Assembly: GCA_041651455.1 (NCBI GenBank)
Contig: JBAZJG010000008.1
Coordinates: 283 to 64,282, forward strand
DNA length: 64,000 nt
Direction of reading: 5' to 3'
From: Candidatus Omnitrophota bacterium
GTDB lineage: Bacteria > Omnitrophota > Gorgyraeia > Pluralincolimonadales > Pluralincolimonadaceae
This document shows, in pieces, positions 49,376 through 62,027 of the stretch. Both the position numbers and the translations under genes were made by a program. Every line of letters starts with the position of its first letter. The first letter of the stretch is position 1. The notes beneath the pieces are model-generated. The model did no database searches. It was not told the DNA's origin and saw only the letters and a program-made list of their open reading frames with translations.

Positions 49376-50590
49376 TTATCGCCTGAGTATCTTTATCAGG
49401 TCGAACATCGGTATTAGAGTCGAGGCCATAATGACTGCCACGACGGAACCCATTATCAACAAGAACGCAGGTTCAAGGAATGCCGTAAGTTTTTTTATAC
49501 TGTAAGCGACAGCCGAATCGTAAAGGTCGGCGACCTTGTTAAGCATAACGTCAAGGTTGCCGGTCTCTTCGCCTGCCGCGATCATCTGTATGGTGTCGGG
49601 CGGGAACTCCCCGCTTACCTTAAGCGGTTCCGAGATCTTGCTGCCCCCGCGCACCGCCTCGCGGACGGTCGCCATTACGCGGGCAAGCACCTCGTTGCCG
49701 ATAGTGCCTTCGAGTATCTCGAGCGATTCGAGGATCGGCACACCGCTCGAGAAGAGCGTGGCCAGCGTACGCCCCGCGCGCGATATGGCGGCCTTCCTCA
49801 TGAGCGGGCCTATTACCGGAAGCGAGAGCTTCAGCTGGTCGAACTGCAGCCTGCCGATACCCGTATTCACATAGATCCGCGCGGCAATGGCAACGGCCAG
49901 CGCCGCAAGCACGTAGAGATGCCAGTAATCCCTTAAAGCGATCCCTGCCGAGTTGAGTATCCGCGTTATCAGCGGCAGCTGGACATGGAACTTGTCGAAT
50001 ATCTCGGCGAATTTCGGGATAACGGATGTGACTATGAATATCACGGCGGCGGAAGCGGCAAGCGTAAGTATGGCCGGGTATACGAGCGCCGAGCTGACCT
50101 TCTGCCTCAAGTCAAGTTCGCTCTCACCAAAATCCGCAAGCCTCTTCAGCACGAGAGGAAGGTTGCCGCTCGCTTCCCCTGCTTTAACCATGCTTATAGT
50201 AAGGCGTGCAAACACGCCCGGGTGGCTTGCCATCGCCTCGGAAAGGGAAAGGCCCGTCTCCACCTTGAGCCTGACGTCGGATATAACCTTCTTTATCTGC
50301 CTGTTCTCCGCCTGTAACGATATCGAATTGAGGCATGTGAGCAACGGGAGCCCGGCATCAAGCATGTTTGAAAGCTGTATATTAAAAAAGATCGTGTCTT
50401 CGACGCTTATCCTGTTGAAACCTCCGAGTATCTCTTCCAGGGAGACATTGCCCGCCGCCGGCCAGACACCCGTAACGACGTATCCCATCCTCCGTAGCTT
50501 GTCGGCCAGTTCGTGCTCGGTGGAGGACTCCATAGCGCCTTCCACGAGCTTGCCCGCCTGGTCCCTTGCCTTATAACGGAAATTCGGCAT
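49376..50590 (-). CDS. Type II secretion / type IV pilus platform protein (GspF/PilC family)
   Basis: 404 aa. Two T2SSF repeats and three TM segments. N-terminus FRYKARDQAGKLVEG. Confidence 0.9.
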   Translation of the reverse strand: MPNFRYKARDQAGKLVEGAMESSTEHELADKLRRMGYVVTGVWPAAGNVSLEEILGGFNRISVEDTIFFNIQLSNMLDAGLPLLTCLNSISLQAENRQIKKVISDVRLKVETGLSLSEAMASHPGVFARLTISMVKAGEASGNLPLVLKRLADFGESELDLRQKVSSALVYPAILTLAASAAVIFIVTSVIPKFAEIFDKFHVQLPLITRILNSAGIALRDYWHLYVLAALAVAIAARIYVNTGIGRLQFDQLKLSLPVIGPLMRKAAISRAGRTLATLFSSGVPILESLEILEGTIGNEVLARVMATVREAVRGGSKISEPLKVSGEFPPDTIQMIAAGEETGNLDVMLNKVADLYDSAVAYSIKKLTAFLEPAFLLIMGSVVAVIMASTLIPMFDLIKILRR

Positions 50591-50593
50591 CGT

Positions 50594-52294
50594 TTACTCT
50601 TCCTGCTGGGTGACTCGCATGACCTCTTCGAGCGTCGTCTTGCCTGCCTTGACTTTTTCAAGGCCGTCCTGCTGCATCGTCTTCATGCCCGCCTTAAGCG
50701 CGGCCTTCCTTATCTCCGACGTGGAGGCCTTAGCCACGGTCAATCCTCGTATATCGTCGCTGGGCACCATAAGTTCGAATATTCCTATCCTGCCCCTGTA
50801 GCCGGTCTGCATGCATTTATCGCAGCCCTTGCCGTGGTAAAATTTAACGCTGTCCCTATACGAGATCATTCCGACGTCCTCGAGGACATTGTCCGAGGGC
50901 TTATATTCCTTCTTGCAATCGGGGCAAATGAGCCGCACGAGCCGCTGCGCAATGACACCGGTTATCGACGATGACACGAGGAACGGTTCGAGCCCCATGT
51001 CGATCAGGCGGGTTATCGCGCCGGGCGCGTCGTTCGTGTGCAGCGTGCTCAGGACGAGATGGCCCGTAAGGGCGGCTTGTATGGCGACTTCCGCGGTATC
51101 GAGGTCGCGGATCTCGCCCACCATCACGATGTCGGGGTCCTGGCGCAGTATCGAGCGCAGGCCGCTCGCGAACGTCAGCCCTGCCTTCGGGTTGATCTGC
51201 ATCTGCCGGACCATATGGAGGCGGTATTCGATAGGGTCTTCTATAGTGACGATATTCTTTTCGGGGGAGTTTATAGTGCTCAGCGACGAATAGAGCGTGG
51301 TCGTCTTTCCCGAGCCGGTCGGCCCGGTCACCAATATGATGCCGTACGGCTTGCGTATGAGCTTTTCGTATACCGTTAGGTCGTCCTTCGAAAAACCCAG
51401 GTCGCTCAGCCCCAGCAGGACGCTGTTAAGGTCAAGCAGCCTTATCACCACGTTCTCGCCGTATACGGTCGGTATCGTGGAAACCCTGCAATCTATCTGG
51501 CGGTTCTCTATCTTAAGCTGGAACCTGCCGTCCTGGGGTATCCTGCGCTCCGCGATGTTCATTCCGGAGAGTATCTTTATTCGCGATATGACCGCCGCCT
51601 GCAGGTTCTTCGGGGGAGAGACGACCTCGTGCAGGACGCCGTCTATCCTGTATCTTGTCAGCAGGCTATCCTCTTCCGGCTCGATATGTATGTCCGACGC
51701 CCCGGCCTTGAGGGCTTCCATGACGACGAGGTTCACGAGCCGGACTACCGGCGCTTCCTCGACGAGCCCTTCGAGCGCCTTCAGTTCAGATTCCGCCCCG
51801 TCCTTCGCGGTCAGCTTATCCTTATCGATGGATTTGACGATATCGTCCATCGTGCCTTTCGCGCCGTAATACTGGTCGAAGACGCGCTGGAGGTCCTTGT
51901 CCGAGACGACTACCGGCTCAACCTCGCACCTTGTCCTCGCGCGGACCTCGTCTATCGCGAATACGTCCATAGGGTCCGTCATAGCGATGGTCAGTGTATC
52001 GGCGATCTTGAACAGCGGGAGAACGGAATTCTTCCTGCAGAATGTTTCCGGGAGGAGCTCGACGACCTTCGGGTCGAGGATATAATTGGAGAAATCTATG
52101 CGCGGGATGCCCATCTGACCTTCAAAAAAGGTCAGGATAGCATCCTCGTCCACCATGCCGAGTTTCACGAGCACGCGCCGCAGCGGCTCCTTGGTCTTCT
52201 CGACCTCGGCCTTCGCCTTTTTGAGCTTCCCGGCATCGATGAGGCCGAGTTCGACGAGCGCTTCTCCGAGAGATTTTTTCTCTCTTTTCGGCAT
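50594..52294 (-). CDS. Type II secretion / type IV pilus assembly ATPase (GspE/PilB family)
   Basis: 566 aa. N-terminal T2SSE_N domain, Walker A VTGPTGSGKTTTLYS, Asp/His boxes, and a tetracysteine motif (CPDC...C..C). Confidence 0.9.
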   Translation of the reverse strand: MPKREKKSLGEALVELGLIDAGKLKKAKAEVEKTKEPLRRVLVKLGMVDEDAILTFFEGQMGIPRIDFSNYILDPKVVELLPETFCRKNSVLPLFKIADTLTIAMTDPMDVFAIDEVRARTRCEVEPVVVSDKDLQRVFDQYYGAKGTMDDIVKSIDKDKLTAKDGAESELKALEGLVEEAPVVRLVNLVVMEALKAGASDIHIEPEEDSLLTRYRIDGVLHEVVSPPKNLQAAVISRIKILSGMNIAERRIPQDGRFQLKIENRQIDCRVSTIPTVYGENVVIRLLDLNSVLLGLSDLGFSKDDLTVYEKLIRKPYGIILVTGPTGSGKTTTLYSSLSTINSPEKNIVTIEDPIEYRLHMVRQMQINPKAGLTFASGLRSILRQDPDIVMVGEIRDLDTAEVAIQAALTGHLVLSTLHTNDAPGAITRLIDMGLEPFLVSSSITGVIAQRLVRLICPDCKKEYKPSDNVLEDVGMISYRDSVKFYHGKGCDKCMQTGYRGRIGIFELMVPSDDIRGLTVAKASTSEIRKAALKAGMKTMQQDGLEKVKAGKTTLEEVMRVTQQEE

Positions 52295-52317
52295 CTCTTC
52301 TCCTTTTATTGAATCAT

Positions 52318-52346
52318 AGTATACGTTAGGAGATTTTCTTTGTCAA
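52318..52346 (-). promoter_or_regulatory. Consensus-like sigma70 promoter for the pilus/T2SS cluster (-35 TTGACA 52346..52341, 17-nt spacer, -10 TATACT 52323..52318), then the SD GGAG at 52303..52300 and the ATG at 52294
   Basis: The minus strand reads TTGACAaagaaaatctcctaacgTATACTatgattcaataaaaGGAGaagagATG. The -35 overlaps the kdsC stop codon. Confidence 0.55.
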
Positions 52347-52843
52347 CACTGCCATTTGGACTGGGTTTTGAGGATGATCTCGATGAGTTCCCTTATCGCT
52401 CCGCGGCCGCCTTCAGCAAGGGTGGTGTAGTGGGATATGGCTTTCAGTTCCGGACGGCTGTAAGGGACTGCGACAGCCAGTCCCGCCCGCCTCATGACGG
52501 GCAGGTCTATGAGGTCGTCACCGATGAAACAGACCTCCTCGTCGGTGACCTTGAAAATCTTCAATAATTTCTCGTACTCGGCGCCCTTGTCGCGCGCGCC
52601 CATGAAGACCTTATCGATATGGCAGGCCTTCGCGCGGCGGGATACCACGCGGGATTTCTTCGCTGTAATGATAGCGGACTTGAGCCCCGCCTTCCACCAG
52701 AGCGTCAGCCCGTAGCCGTCCTGTATGTCGAACGCCTTAAGCTGGTCGCCGAAATCGTCGTAATATACCCTGCCGTCGGTCATAACACCGTCTACGTCAA
52801 GGACCAGAAGCTTTATCTTTTTCGCCTTGTCGGAGATATCCAT
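52343..52843 (-). CDS. kdsC: 3-deoxy-D-manno-octulosonate 8-phosphate phosphatase (HAD family)
   Basis: 166 aa. LLVLDVDGVMTDG HAD motif I, and a KdsC-length protein sitting after kdsD. Confidence 0.85.
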   Translation of the reverse strand: MDISDKAKKIKLLVLDVDGVMTDGRVYYDDFGDQLKAFDIQDGYGLTLWWKAGLKSAIITAKKSRVVSRRAKACHIDKVFMGARDKGAEYEKLLKIFKVTDEEVCFIGDDLIDLPVMRRAGLAVAVPYSRPELKAISHYTTLAEGGRGAIRELIEIILKTQSKWQC

Positions 52844-52846
52844 GGG

Positions 52847-53803
52847 TTATACGAGCCCCGCCTTCAGCAGGTCCTGGACGTCCACGAGGCCTATGGGCCT
52901 CTTCGACTTGTCGACGACCGGTATCTCGTCTATCCTCTTCTCCTTCAGGATGCGGAACGCTTCAGCGGCAAGCATATCCTTGGAGATCGTGACCGGGTTC
53001 TTCGTCATTACCTGCTTCACAGGTTTCAACGAAAGCAGGGGGTCCGTGCCGAGATGCCTGCGCAGGTCGCCGTCTGTGAATATCCCGGCCAATACGCCTT
53101 TCTTGTCCACGACGCTCGCCGAACCCGCGCGCGCGCCCGTGATCCTCAGCAGCACGTCTTTTATCTTCATCTCCTCGCCGACGACCGGGTTCTCTTTTCC
53201 CTTCCTCATTATGTCCTCGACCTTGAGTATAAGCCTCTTGCCGAGCGAGCCGCCCGGATGGTATAAAGCGAAATCTTCGCGCCTGAATCCCCTGCGGTCA
53301 AGCAGCGCGACGGCCAACGCATCGCCCATTGCGAGCATCGCCGTCGTCGAGGCGGTCGGCGCGAGGTTGAGCGGGCACGCCTCTTTCTTCACGGCGACAT
53401 CCAGCACGACATCGCTGTGCTTCGCGAGGGTTGAATCCCCGTTGCCGGTCATGGCTATTATCCTTGCTCCGATCTTCTTCAGTGTCGGCAGGAGCCTGAT
53501 TATCTCTTCCGTCTCGCCGGAGTTGGAGATCGCGAGCACGACGTCGTCCTTCGTGACCCTTCCGAGGTCCCCGTGTATGGCGTCGGCCGGGTGCAGGTAA
53601 AGACTCGGCGTCCCGGTAGACGAGAGCGTGGCCGATATCTTGGCGCCGATGAACCCGGGCTTGCCCATGCCGGTCACGACGAGCTTGCCCTTGCAAGCGA
53701 GGACCGCCCTGACCGCTTTCTCGAAATTTTTGTCTATCCTGCGGATGAGCGATGATATCGCGGCCGCTTCTATCCTGAGGACTTCCTTTGCGCGTTTTAT
53801 CAT
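52847..53803 (-). CDS. kdsD: Arabinose-5-phosphate isomerase (SIS + tandem CBS, KpsF/GutQ family)
   Basis: 318 aa. SIS domain ([26 protein letters not shown]) and two C-terminal CBS domains. Confidence 0.9.
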   Translation of the reverse strand: MIKRAKEVLRIEAAAISSLIRRIDKNFEKAVRAVLACKGKLVVTGMGKPGFIGAKISATLSSTGTPSLYLHPADAIHGDLGRVTKDDVVLAISNSGETEEIIRLLPTLKKIGARIIAMTGNGDSTLAKHSDVVLDVAVKKEACPLNLAPTASTTAMLAMGDALAVALLDRRGFRREDFALYHPGGSLGKRLILKVEDIMRKGKENPVVGEEMKIKDVLLRITGARAGSASVVDKKGVLAGIFTDGDLRRHLGTDPLLSLKPVKQVMTKNPVTISKDMLAAEAFRILKEKRIDEIPVVDKSKRPIGLVDVQDLLKAGLV

Positions 53804-54645
53804 CTGCGCCTCCCCTTGCCCGTATTGTCTTTTACTATCTCGTGTATCTCCTTTACCGTCACGAGAAGCTCCTCAAGGTCCTTCAGCGCGACCGAGTTCG
53901 GGCCGTCGCAGAGCGCGCACCTCGGGTCTTCGTGGACCTCGAGGAAGAGCCCGTCGCATCCTGCGGCTACGGCCGCGCGCGCGAGAACCGGAATGAACCT
54001 GCTTTCGCCGCCCGACGACTCTCCCTGGCCTCCCGGCAACTGCACGGAATGCGTCGCGTCGAACACGACCGGGTACCCGAGTTCGCCGAGTATCGCGAGT
54101 GACCTCATGTCGCTTACAAGGTTGTTATACCCGAAGCTGGCGCCGCGTTCGGTTATTATGATCGACTTGTTCCCTGCCGCCGCCGCTTTCTCGACCGAGA
54201 ATTTCACGTCCCATGGGGCCATGAACTGCCCCTTCTTTATGTTCACTACCTTCCCGGTCTTTGCCGCGGCTATTATGAAATCCGTCTGCCTCGAGAGAAA
54301 TGCCGGCACCTGTATCACATCGAGGACCTTGGCGGCCGCATCGAGCTCCTCCTTGCAGTGCACGTCGCTCAATACCGGGACGCCCGCGGCGGCCTTGACC
54401 GCCTTCAGTATCTTCAGCCCCTTCTCGAGACCCGGGCCGCGGAAAGATTTGACCGACGTCCTGTTTGCCTTGTCGTAGCTGGACTTATAGACATACGGGA
54501 TATCGAGCCTGTCCGCGATGTTCTTTATCGCGCGCGCATGCCGGACGGCCGATGTTTCGCTCTCAATTACGCACGGCCCGGCTATCAGGACAAGCGGGTT
54601 GTCCCCGCCTATCTTTATCTTTCCGATCGATACGGTCTTTGCCAC
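53800..54645 (-). CDS. kdsA: 2-dehydro-3-deoxyphosphooctonate aldolase (KDO8P synthase)
   Basis: 281 aa of the DAHP-synthase I / KdsA family ([25 protein letters not shown]). Confidence 0.95.
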   Translation of the reverse strand: MAKTVSIGKIKIGGDNPLVLIAGPCVIESETSAVRHARAIKNIADRLDIPYVYKSSYDKANRTSVKSFRGPGLEKGLKILKAVKAAAGVPVLSDVHCKEELDAAAKVLDVIQVPAFLSRQTDFIIAAAKTGKVVNIKKGQFMAPWDVKFSVEKAAAAGNKSIIITERGASFGYNNLVSDMRSLAILGELGYPVVFDATHSVQLPGGQGESSGGESRFIPVLARAAVAAGCDGLFLEVHEDPRCALCDGPNSVALKDLEELLVTVKEIHEIVKDNTGKGRRR

Positions 54646-54647
54646 GT

Positions 54648-57007
<2,360 letters not shown>

Positions 57008-57024
57008 TCAGATGCCTCCTCGGA

Positions 57025-58029
57025 TCAGGGCTGCCAATGGTGGTCCCTTATGCGGGCTTTCAGCTCGGCCTGGGATGTCGACGCGACGCCGACCTTCCCG
57101 ACCACTATGCCGCCCGCGAAATTGGAAATATGCGCGGCTTCTATCATCTTCGCGCCGGCGCATAATGCCGCCGTAAAAGTGGCGATGACCGTGTCGCCTG
57201 CGCCCGAGACGTCAAAGACCTCCTGCGCGACCGTCGGTATCTGTGTTATCTTACCGCCGCGCTCAAAAACCCTCATGCCGTTCTCGCCTAAAGTGATAAG
57301 CGCCGCCTGCAACTTCAGCCTTTCCAGTAACGACTTACCGAGCTTATCCAGCGATGGATCGTCCTTCGCCTTTATGCCGCCCATGGCTTCCGCTTCTTTG
57401 CGGTTCGGGGTGATGGCCGTCACTCCCTTGTAATACGAAATATGCTCTTCCTTCGGGTCTACGGTTATTATCTTCTTATGCTTTCTCGCGAGGGGGACGA
57501 TCTCCTTCAGAAGCCCGGGCGTCACGACGCCCTTGCCGTAGTCCTCTATGATGACACCGTCAACCTCTTTTATCTTTGACTTTATGAATGCTATAAGTTC
57601 CCTGTTAAGCGATTCCGCCAGCGGTTTCGCGCTCTCGCGGTCTATCCTGACCACCTGCTGGTGGCGCGCCACGACCCTTGTCTTGAGCGTCGTGGGCCTC
57701 TCGGGATCCGATATGACGCCTTCGAGGTCTACGCCCTTTTGCTTTAATATCGTCTCGAGCTGGCGCCCGTGCGCGTCACGCCCAATCACGCCGGCAAGGT
57801 AGGCCTTCGCCCCTATCGCGCTTATATTACTCGCGACATTGGCCGCGCCGCCGGGCATCATCGATTCCCTGCCCACAAGCACGACCGGGACCGGCGCCTC
57901 CGGAGAGATCCTCGAGGAATCGCCCCAGATGAATTCGTCGAGTATCAGGTCCCCTACGACGAGAACCTTCGCGCCGCTGAACCTCGAAATAGTGTTATTG
58001 AACTTTTCCAGATCGGTCTTTTTCAGCAT
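57025..58029 (-). CDS. D-glycero-beta-D-manno-heptose-7-phosphate kinase (HldE/RfaE domain I only, PfkB-family sugar kinase)
   Basis: 334 aa. PfkB ribokinase-like fold (VLVVGDLILDEF...; C-terminal GAGDT). There is no adenylyltransferase domain, so this is the kinase-only form. Confidence 0.8.
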   Translation of the reverse strand: MLKKTDLEKFNNTISRFSGAKVLVVGDLILDEFIWGDSSRISPEAPVPVVLVGRESMMPGGAANVASNISAIGAKAYLAGVIGRDAHGRQLETILKQKGVDLEGVISDPERPTTLKTRVVARHQQVVRIDRESAKPLAESLNRELIAFIKSKIKEVDGVIIEDYGKGVVTPGLLKEIVPLARKHKKIITVDPKEEHISYYKGVTAITPNRKEAEAMGGIKAKDDPSLDKLGKSLLERLKLQAALITLGENGMRVFERGGKITQIPTVAQEVFDVSGAGDTVIATFTAALCAGAKMIEAAHISNFAGGIVVGKVGVASTSQAELKARIRDHHWQP

Positions 58030-58030
58030 C

Positions 58031-58948
58031 TCAGCGCCTTTTCTGTTTTTTCAGGATCGATACGTAATCTTTTATCCCCGCCTCCACACCGTATTTAGCG
58101 GAGAATTTGAGCGCTGCCTTCGACAGCGCCATATCGGCATGCGTCCTGTCCTGGTAGAAACCGTAAGGATTATCGAAATACTCGGGCGTCAGGTCTTTCT
58201 TCAGCGCCTTGTTCAGGGCCTCTATGACCTCGTTGAATGTCGCGGGCGCTCCGGTGCCTACGTTGAAGGCTCCGCTGCCATTATACGCCATCGCCTTCAT
58301 GTTGGCGGCGACGACATCCTTGACGTATATGAAATCGCGGTACTGTTCGCCCCATTTGAAGACCCTCGGGCGCTTGCCCGAGGCCATCTGCAGGTAAAGC
58401 TGGTATATCATGCTTGCGGCCTTCTTCTTATGCGTCTCTCCGGGGCCGTAGACGTTGAAATAACGCAGCCCCACGACGGAGAAGTCCGGGTTCTCCTTCA
58501 CGAACGCCTTAGCTACCTGTTCCATGCGGACCTTGCTCTCGCCGTAGATGTTGGCGGGCGCGGGCCTGTCGGTCTCTTTCATCGGGACCTTGCCCTTGCC
58601 GTATGTCGCGGCGCTCGACGCGTACACTATCTTTTTGCATCCGATCGATTTTGCGTAAATAAGGAGCCTCTTGAAGGCGTCGACGTTGACCGACAGCATC
58701 AGGTTCCTGTCCATGACGGTAGTATCTGTGATGGCGGCCTGGTGGAATACCGCGTCGCACCTGTCGAGGAACTTCGAGTAATCCACCTTGCGTATGTCCG
58801 CTATGACCATCGCCCCCTTAAAGCGCGCGAGGTTCTCTTTCCTGCCGGCTGAAAGGTCGTCTAAAGCGATGGTCTTGCCGTGTTTCTGGAGTTCTAATGC
58901 GAGGTTGGAGCCGATAAGGCCTGCCGCTCCGGTGACTAAGAATTTCAT
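58031..58948 (-). CDS. NAD-dependent sugar-nucleotide epimerase, probably ADP-L-glycero-D-manno-heptose 6-epimerase
   Basis: 305 aa. TGAAGLIGSN Rossmann motif and an SDR catalytic YxxxK. The HldD call rests on the heptose gene context. Confidence 0.6.
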   Translation of the reverse strand: MKFLVTGAAGLIGSNLALELQKHGKTIALDDLSAGRKENLARFKGAMVIADIRKVDYSKFLDRCDAVFHQAAITDTTVMDRNLMLSVNVDAFKRLLIYAKSIGCKKIVYASSAATYGKGKVPMKETDRPAPANIYGESKVRMEQVAKAFVKENPDFSVVGLRYFNVYGPGETHKKKAASMIYQLYLQMASGKRPRVFKWGEQYRDFIYVKDVVAANMKAMAYNGSGAFNVGTGAPATFNEVIEALNKALKKDLTPEYFDNPYGFYQDRTHADMALSKAALKFSAKYGVEAGIKDYVSILKKQKRR

Positions 58949-59000
58949 GGTTTACCTTGCTTTCTGTTGTCGAAAAGTTTACCACTATTAACGCTTTATG

Positions 59001-60047
59001 TCAATTGCCGCCTAGGAGCCCTTCCGCCGCCGAAAGGACATCTTCGACAGCAACGGCATCGAGGCATTTGAAACCGAGTTTGCAGTTGTGCGCAAGGCAC
59101 TCCTTGCATCCGGCATCCTTATGTATGACGATGTCGCGCGGCCCGACCGGCCCCCACCTCTGGGGAGAAAGCCCCGGGTCCAACCTGCCGAATATCGAGA
59201 TTACCGGGGTCCCGACCGCTACCGCGATATGGACCGGGCCGGAATCGTTGGAGATCAGCAGTTTGCACCTCTTAAGCAGTGCCGCCACTTCCCCGAGCGA
59301 ATGCTCTTCTGAAAGGACTATCGGGCTGTGCAGCATGCCCGTCTTCACCTCATCCACCGTCTTCTTGTCGGACGGCCCGCCTATGATCACGACCTTCACG
59401 CCGCGCCTTCCTATAAGCTCATCCGCCACTCGGCCGAACCTGTAAGCGGGCCAGCGCTTCGACGGGCAGCTCGCGCCCGGGCTTATCGCGACGATAATAT
59501 CCCTGCTCCCGAGGTCGGCGAGGTCCATGAAACGTTCTATGACCCTCTCGTATTCCGGTTTTACGGGCATGTAAAGCGCCCTGCCGTTAGATGTTATCCC
59601 GACCGGGCGCAGGACGTCGAGGCTGTAATCTATCTCGTGCTTCTCACCGTAGTGTTTCGTGTCCTTCAGCCGTTTCGTCAGCAGAAAACCCCACTTCCTG
59701 TCGTAACCGACCCTCTCGGGTATGCCGGCAAGGAAAGGTATAACGTTGGACCTGACCGTCGGATGCAGGACTATCGCGAGGTCGAACTTCTTGCGCCTTA
59801 GCCCGGCTACGAAAGCCAGGGTCGCGAAGATCCCTTTCTGCTCGTTATCCTTGTCATACAGGATCACCTCGTCGAGGTAAGGGTTGCCGTCGACGATGTC
59901 CTCGACATACGGCCTGACCATCATCGCGATATGCGCGTTCGGGTACGCGTCCCTTACGGCCTTTATCGCGGGCGTAGAGAGCAGCACGTCGCCTATCCTG
60001 TCGGTCCTTATTATCAGAATCCTGTATCTTCTTTTATTTTCCGGCAT
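59001..60047 (-). CDS. LPS heptosyltransferase (glycosyltransferase family 9)
   Basis: 348 aa. RILIIRTDRIGDVLLSTPAIKAVRDAYP and the C-terminal GT9 motif (NDSGPVHIA). Confidence 0.8.
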   Translation of the reverse strand: MPENKRRYRILIIRTDRIGDVLLSTPAIKAVRDAYPNAHIAMMVRPYVEDIVDGNPYLDEVILYDKDNEQKGIFATLAFVAGLRRKKFDLAIVLHPTVRSNVIPFLAGIPERVGYDRKWGFLLTKRLKDTKHYGEKHEIDYSLDVLRPVGITSNGRALYMPVKPEYERVIERFMDLADLGSRDIIVAISPGASCPSKRWPAYRFGRVADELIGRRGVKVVIIGGPSDKKTVDEVKTGMLHSPIVLSEEHSLGEVAALLKRCKLLISNDSGPVHIAVAVGTPVISIFGRLDPGLSPQRWGPVGPRDIVIHKDAGCKECLAHNCKLGFKCLDAVAVEDVLSAAEGLLGGN

Positions 60048-61011
60048 CCATCACCTTTTTAGCGGTATCGAATACCTCTTCGACGGTCACGGACTTCATG
60101 CATTCCAGGTTGTACCTGCACTGCGCGGCCTCGCACGGCGAGCAATGGAGCTTCCTGCTGACCGCGATTCCCGCGCCATCCGGCCTCGGGCCGTATCTCC
60201 TCGGGTCGGTCGGCCCGAATATCGCCACAACCGGCGTCTCGAGGGAACCCGCTATGTGCAGCGGCGCGCTGTCATTGGTCATCAGCAGCGACGAGCGCTT
60301 GATTATCCACGCGAGTTCGCGCAGGTTGGTGGAACCCGCGGTCGAGACGGCGTAACTGCGCATCATATTTATTATCCTCTGGCATGTCTCCTTTTCGGAG
60401 GCGTCGCCGACGAATACGACCTTCATCTTGTATTGAGCGGCAAGCATATCGCAGGCCTTGGCGAACCCGCCTTCGCTCCACTTCTTTATATGGCTCTTCG
60501 CGCCCGGGCTTACGCATATCAACCTATCGGCGTCCGATATGCCCTTGTCCCTCAGCAGGATCCTGGCCTTCTCCTCGTCGGACTTGCTTATCCAGACCGG
60601 GGACGGCGCGTATTTTGCGTCTATGCCGAGCTGCCTTATCCTGTCGAGATGCTCCTCTGTCTTGTGCTTGACCTCTCCCGCGGCCGCCTTTGCAGGGCCG
60701 TTGGAGACCTTGGCGCCAACGAAGAACCCGAACATGCTGTTGCGCAGGTCCGCGAGGAGGTCATAGCGGTTCTTCCTGAGCTCCAGCATTAGGCCGGCCT
60801 TACGCATCAGCGGGGCCGACTTGTCATATACGTATACTCTGTTTATCCTCGGGTCCGATACGAAGACCTCCGAAGAACGCGGGCCCGCGACCACGTCTAT
60901 CTCCGCTTCGCCTCCGTATTGCGCGCGCAGCGCGCTTAGGACCGGCAGCGTCAGGACGGCGTCGCCTATATTGCTCAAAGTAACGACGAGTATCTTCTTT
61001 GCGGTTTTCAT
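60034..61011 (-). CDS. LPS heptosyltransferase (GT9), second copy
   Basis: 325 aa. ILVVTLSNIGDAVLTLPVLSAL ... NDSAPLHIA. Confidence 0.8.
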   Translation of the reverse strand: MKTAKKILVVTLSNIGDAVLTLPVLSALRAQYGGEAEIDVVAGPRSSEVFVSDPRINRVYVYDKSAPLMRKAGLMLELRKNRYDLLADLRNSMFGFFVGAKVSNGPAKAAAGEVKHKTEEHLDRIRQLGIDAKYAPSPVWISKSDEEKARILLRDKGISDADRLICVSPGAKSHIKKWSEGGFAKACDMLAAQYKMKVVFVGDASEKETCQRIINMMRSYAVSTAGSTNLRELAWIIKRSSLLMTNDSAPLHIAGSLETPVVAIFGPTDPRRYGPRPDGAGIAVSRKLHCSPCEAAQCRYNLECMKSVTVEEVFDTAKKVMDAGK

Positions 61012-62027
61012 TTGAGGAGCCTTTCCGCTTCGCGCATGACGTCATCGACCGATACCGCTTTCATGCACAAGGCGTCCTCGCAGCGCAGGTTGTAGCACGG
61101 TATCTTGCAATCCGGTTTTCCGGAACTCTTCTGCAGCACCTTATACGTCCCGCTGCCGTACGGCCCCGTAAGTTTGGGATCGGTCGGCCCGAATATCGCT
61201 ATAGTCTTCGCGCCCTGGCTGACCGCAATATGCATCGGCCCCGAATCGTTCGAGACGACGAGTGCGGCGCGTTTCATTATCGAAGCGAGCTGCCTCAGCG
61301 AGGTCGTGCCAGCGGCGATGACCGGCCTCTTCTTCATCATGCCGGCGATCTTTTCGGCGAGGCCGACGTCCTTCCCGGCGCCGGTCAATACCACCGGCAT
61401 GCCGTATTCCTTGCCGAGCCTGTTGCCGAGTTCGGCGAAATTTTCGGCGGGCCAGCGCTTCATGTCCCAGTTGCCGCCGGCGTTCAGGATGACAAACGGT
61501 TCTCCCTTCTTTATGCCCTGGGATCTCAGGAAAGATTCCGCGAATGCCTCGTCGCTATTGCTGACGTGCACTTCCATATCCTTGCCGGCGTCTTTCACGC
61601 CGGTCACTTTTACGATGTTAAGGAACTGTTCGACCTTATGGATGTCGGGCGGCGGCGGCGCGACCTTCCTCGAAAGCAGGAAACCCCTCTTAGGGTTATC
61701 AATGCCGACCCTTTCCCTTATCCCGGAGAGGGCGACCATAAGCGTGCGGGTCAGGGACCTGTGGAACAGGAATACCATGTCGAACGAGCGCGCCTTCAGC
61801 TCGGATATCAGCCTCATCTTTCCCGTCAGGCCCTTGTATTCGCCTTTTTCGTCATAGATAATCAGCTCGTTTATGTTAGGGTTCAACTCGAGCACCTCCC
61901 TGCAGCGCGGGACAACCATGCAGGCGATATGCGCGTCGGGATAATGTTTGCGCAGCGCACGTATAGCCGGGGTCGAAAAGAGCACATCCCCTATCCAGTT
62001 TACGTTGACTATCAGTATCTTTTTCAC
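61008..62027 (-). CDS. LPS heptosyltransferase (GT9), third copy
   Basis: The track ORF 61008..62441 has an Arg-rich, non-coding-looking first 127 aa. The GT9 homology starts at ILIVNVNWIGDVLFSTPAIRAL. The likely start is a GTG at 62027 (SD AAGGA 7 nt upstream; GTGA overlap with the deacetylase stop), or alternatively the ATG at 62060. Confidence 0.75.
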   Translation of the reverse strand: MKKILIVNVNWIGDVLFSTPAIRALRKHYPDAHIACMVVPRCREVLELNPNINELIIYDEKGEYKGLTGKMRLISELKARSFDMVFLFHRSLTRTLMVALSGIRERVGIDNPKRGFLLSRKVAPPPPDIHKVEQFLNIVKVTGVKDAGKDMEVHVSNSDEAFAESFLRSQGIKKGEPFVILNAGGNWDMKRWPAENFAELGNRLGKEYGMPVVLTGAGKDVGLAEKIAGMMKKRPVIAAGTTSLRQLASIMKRAALVVSNDSGPMHIAVSQGAKTIAIFGPTDPKLTGPYGSGTYKVLQKSSGKPDCKIPCYNLRCEDALCMKAVSVDDVMREAERLLK

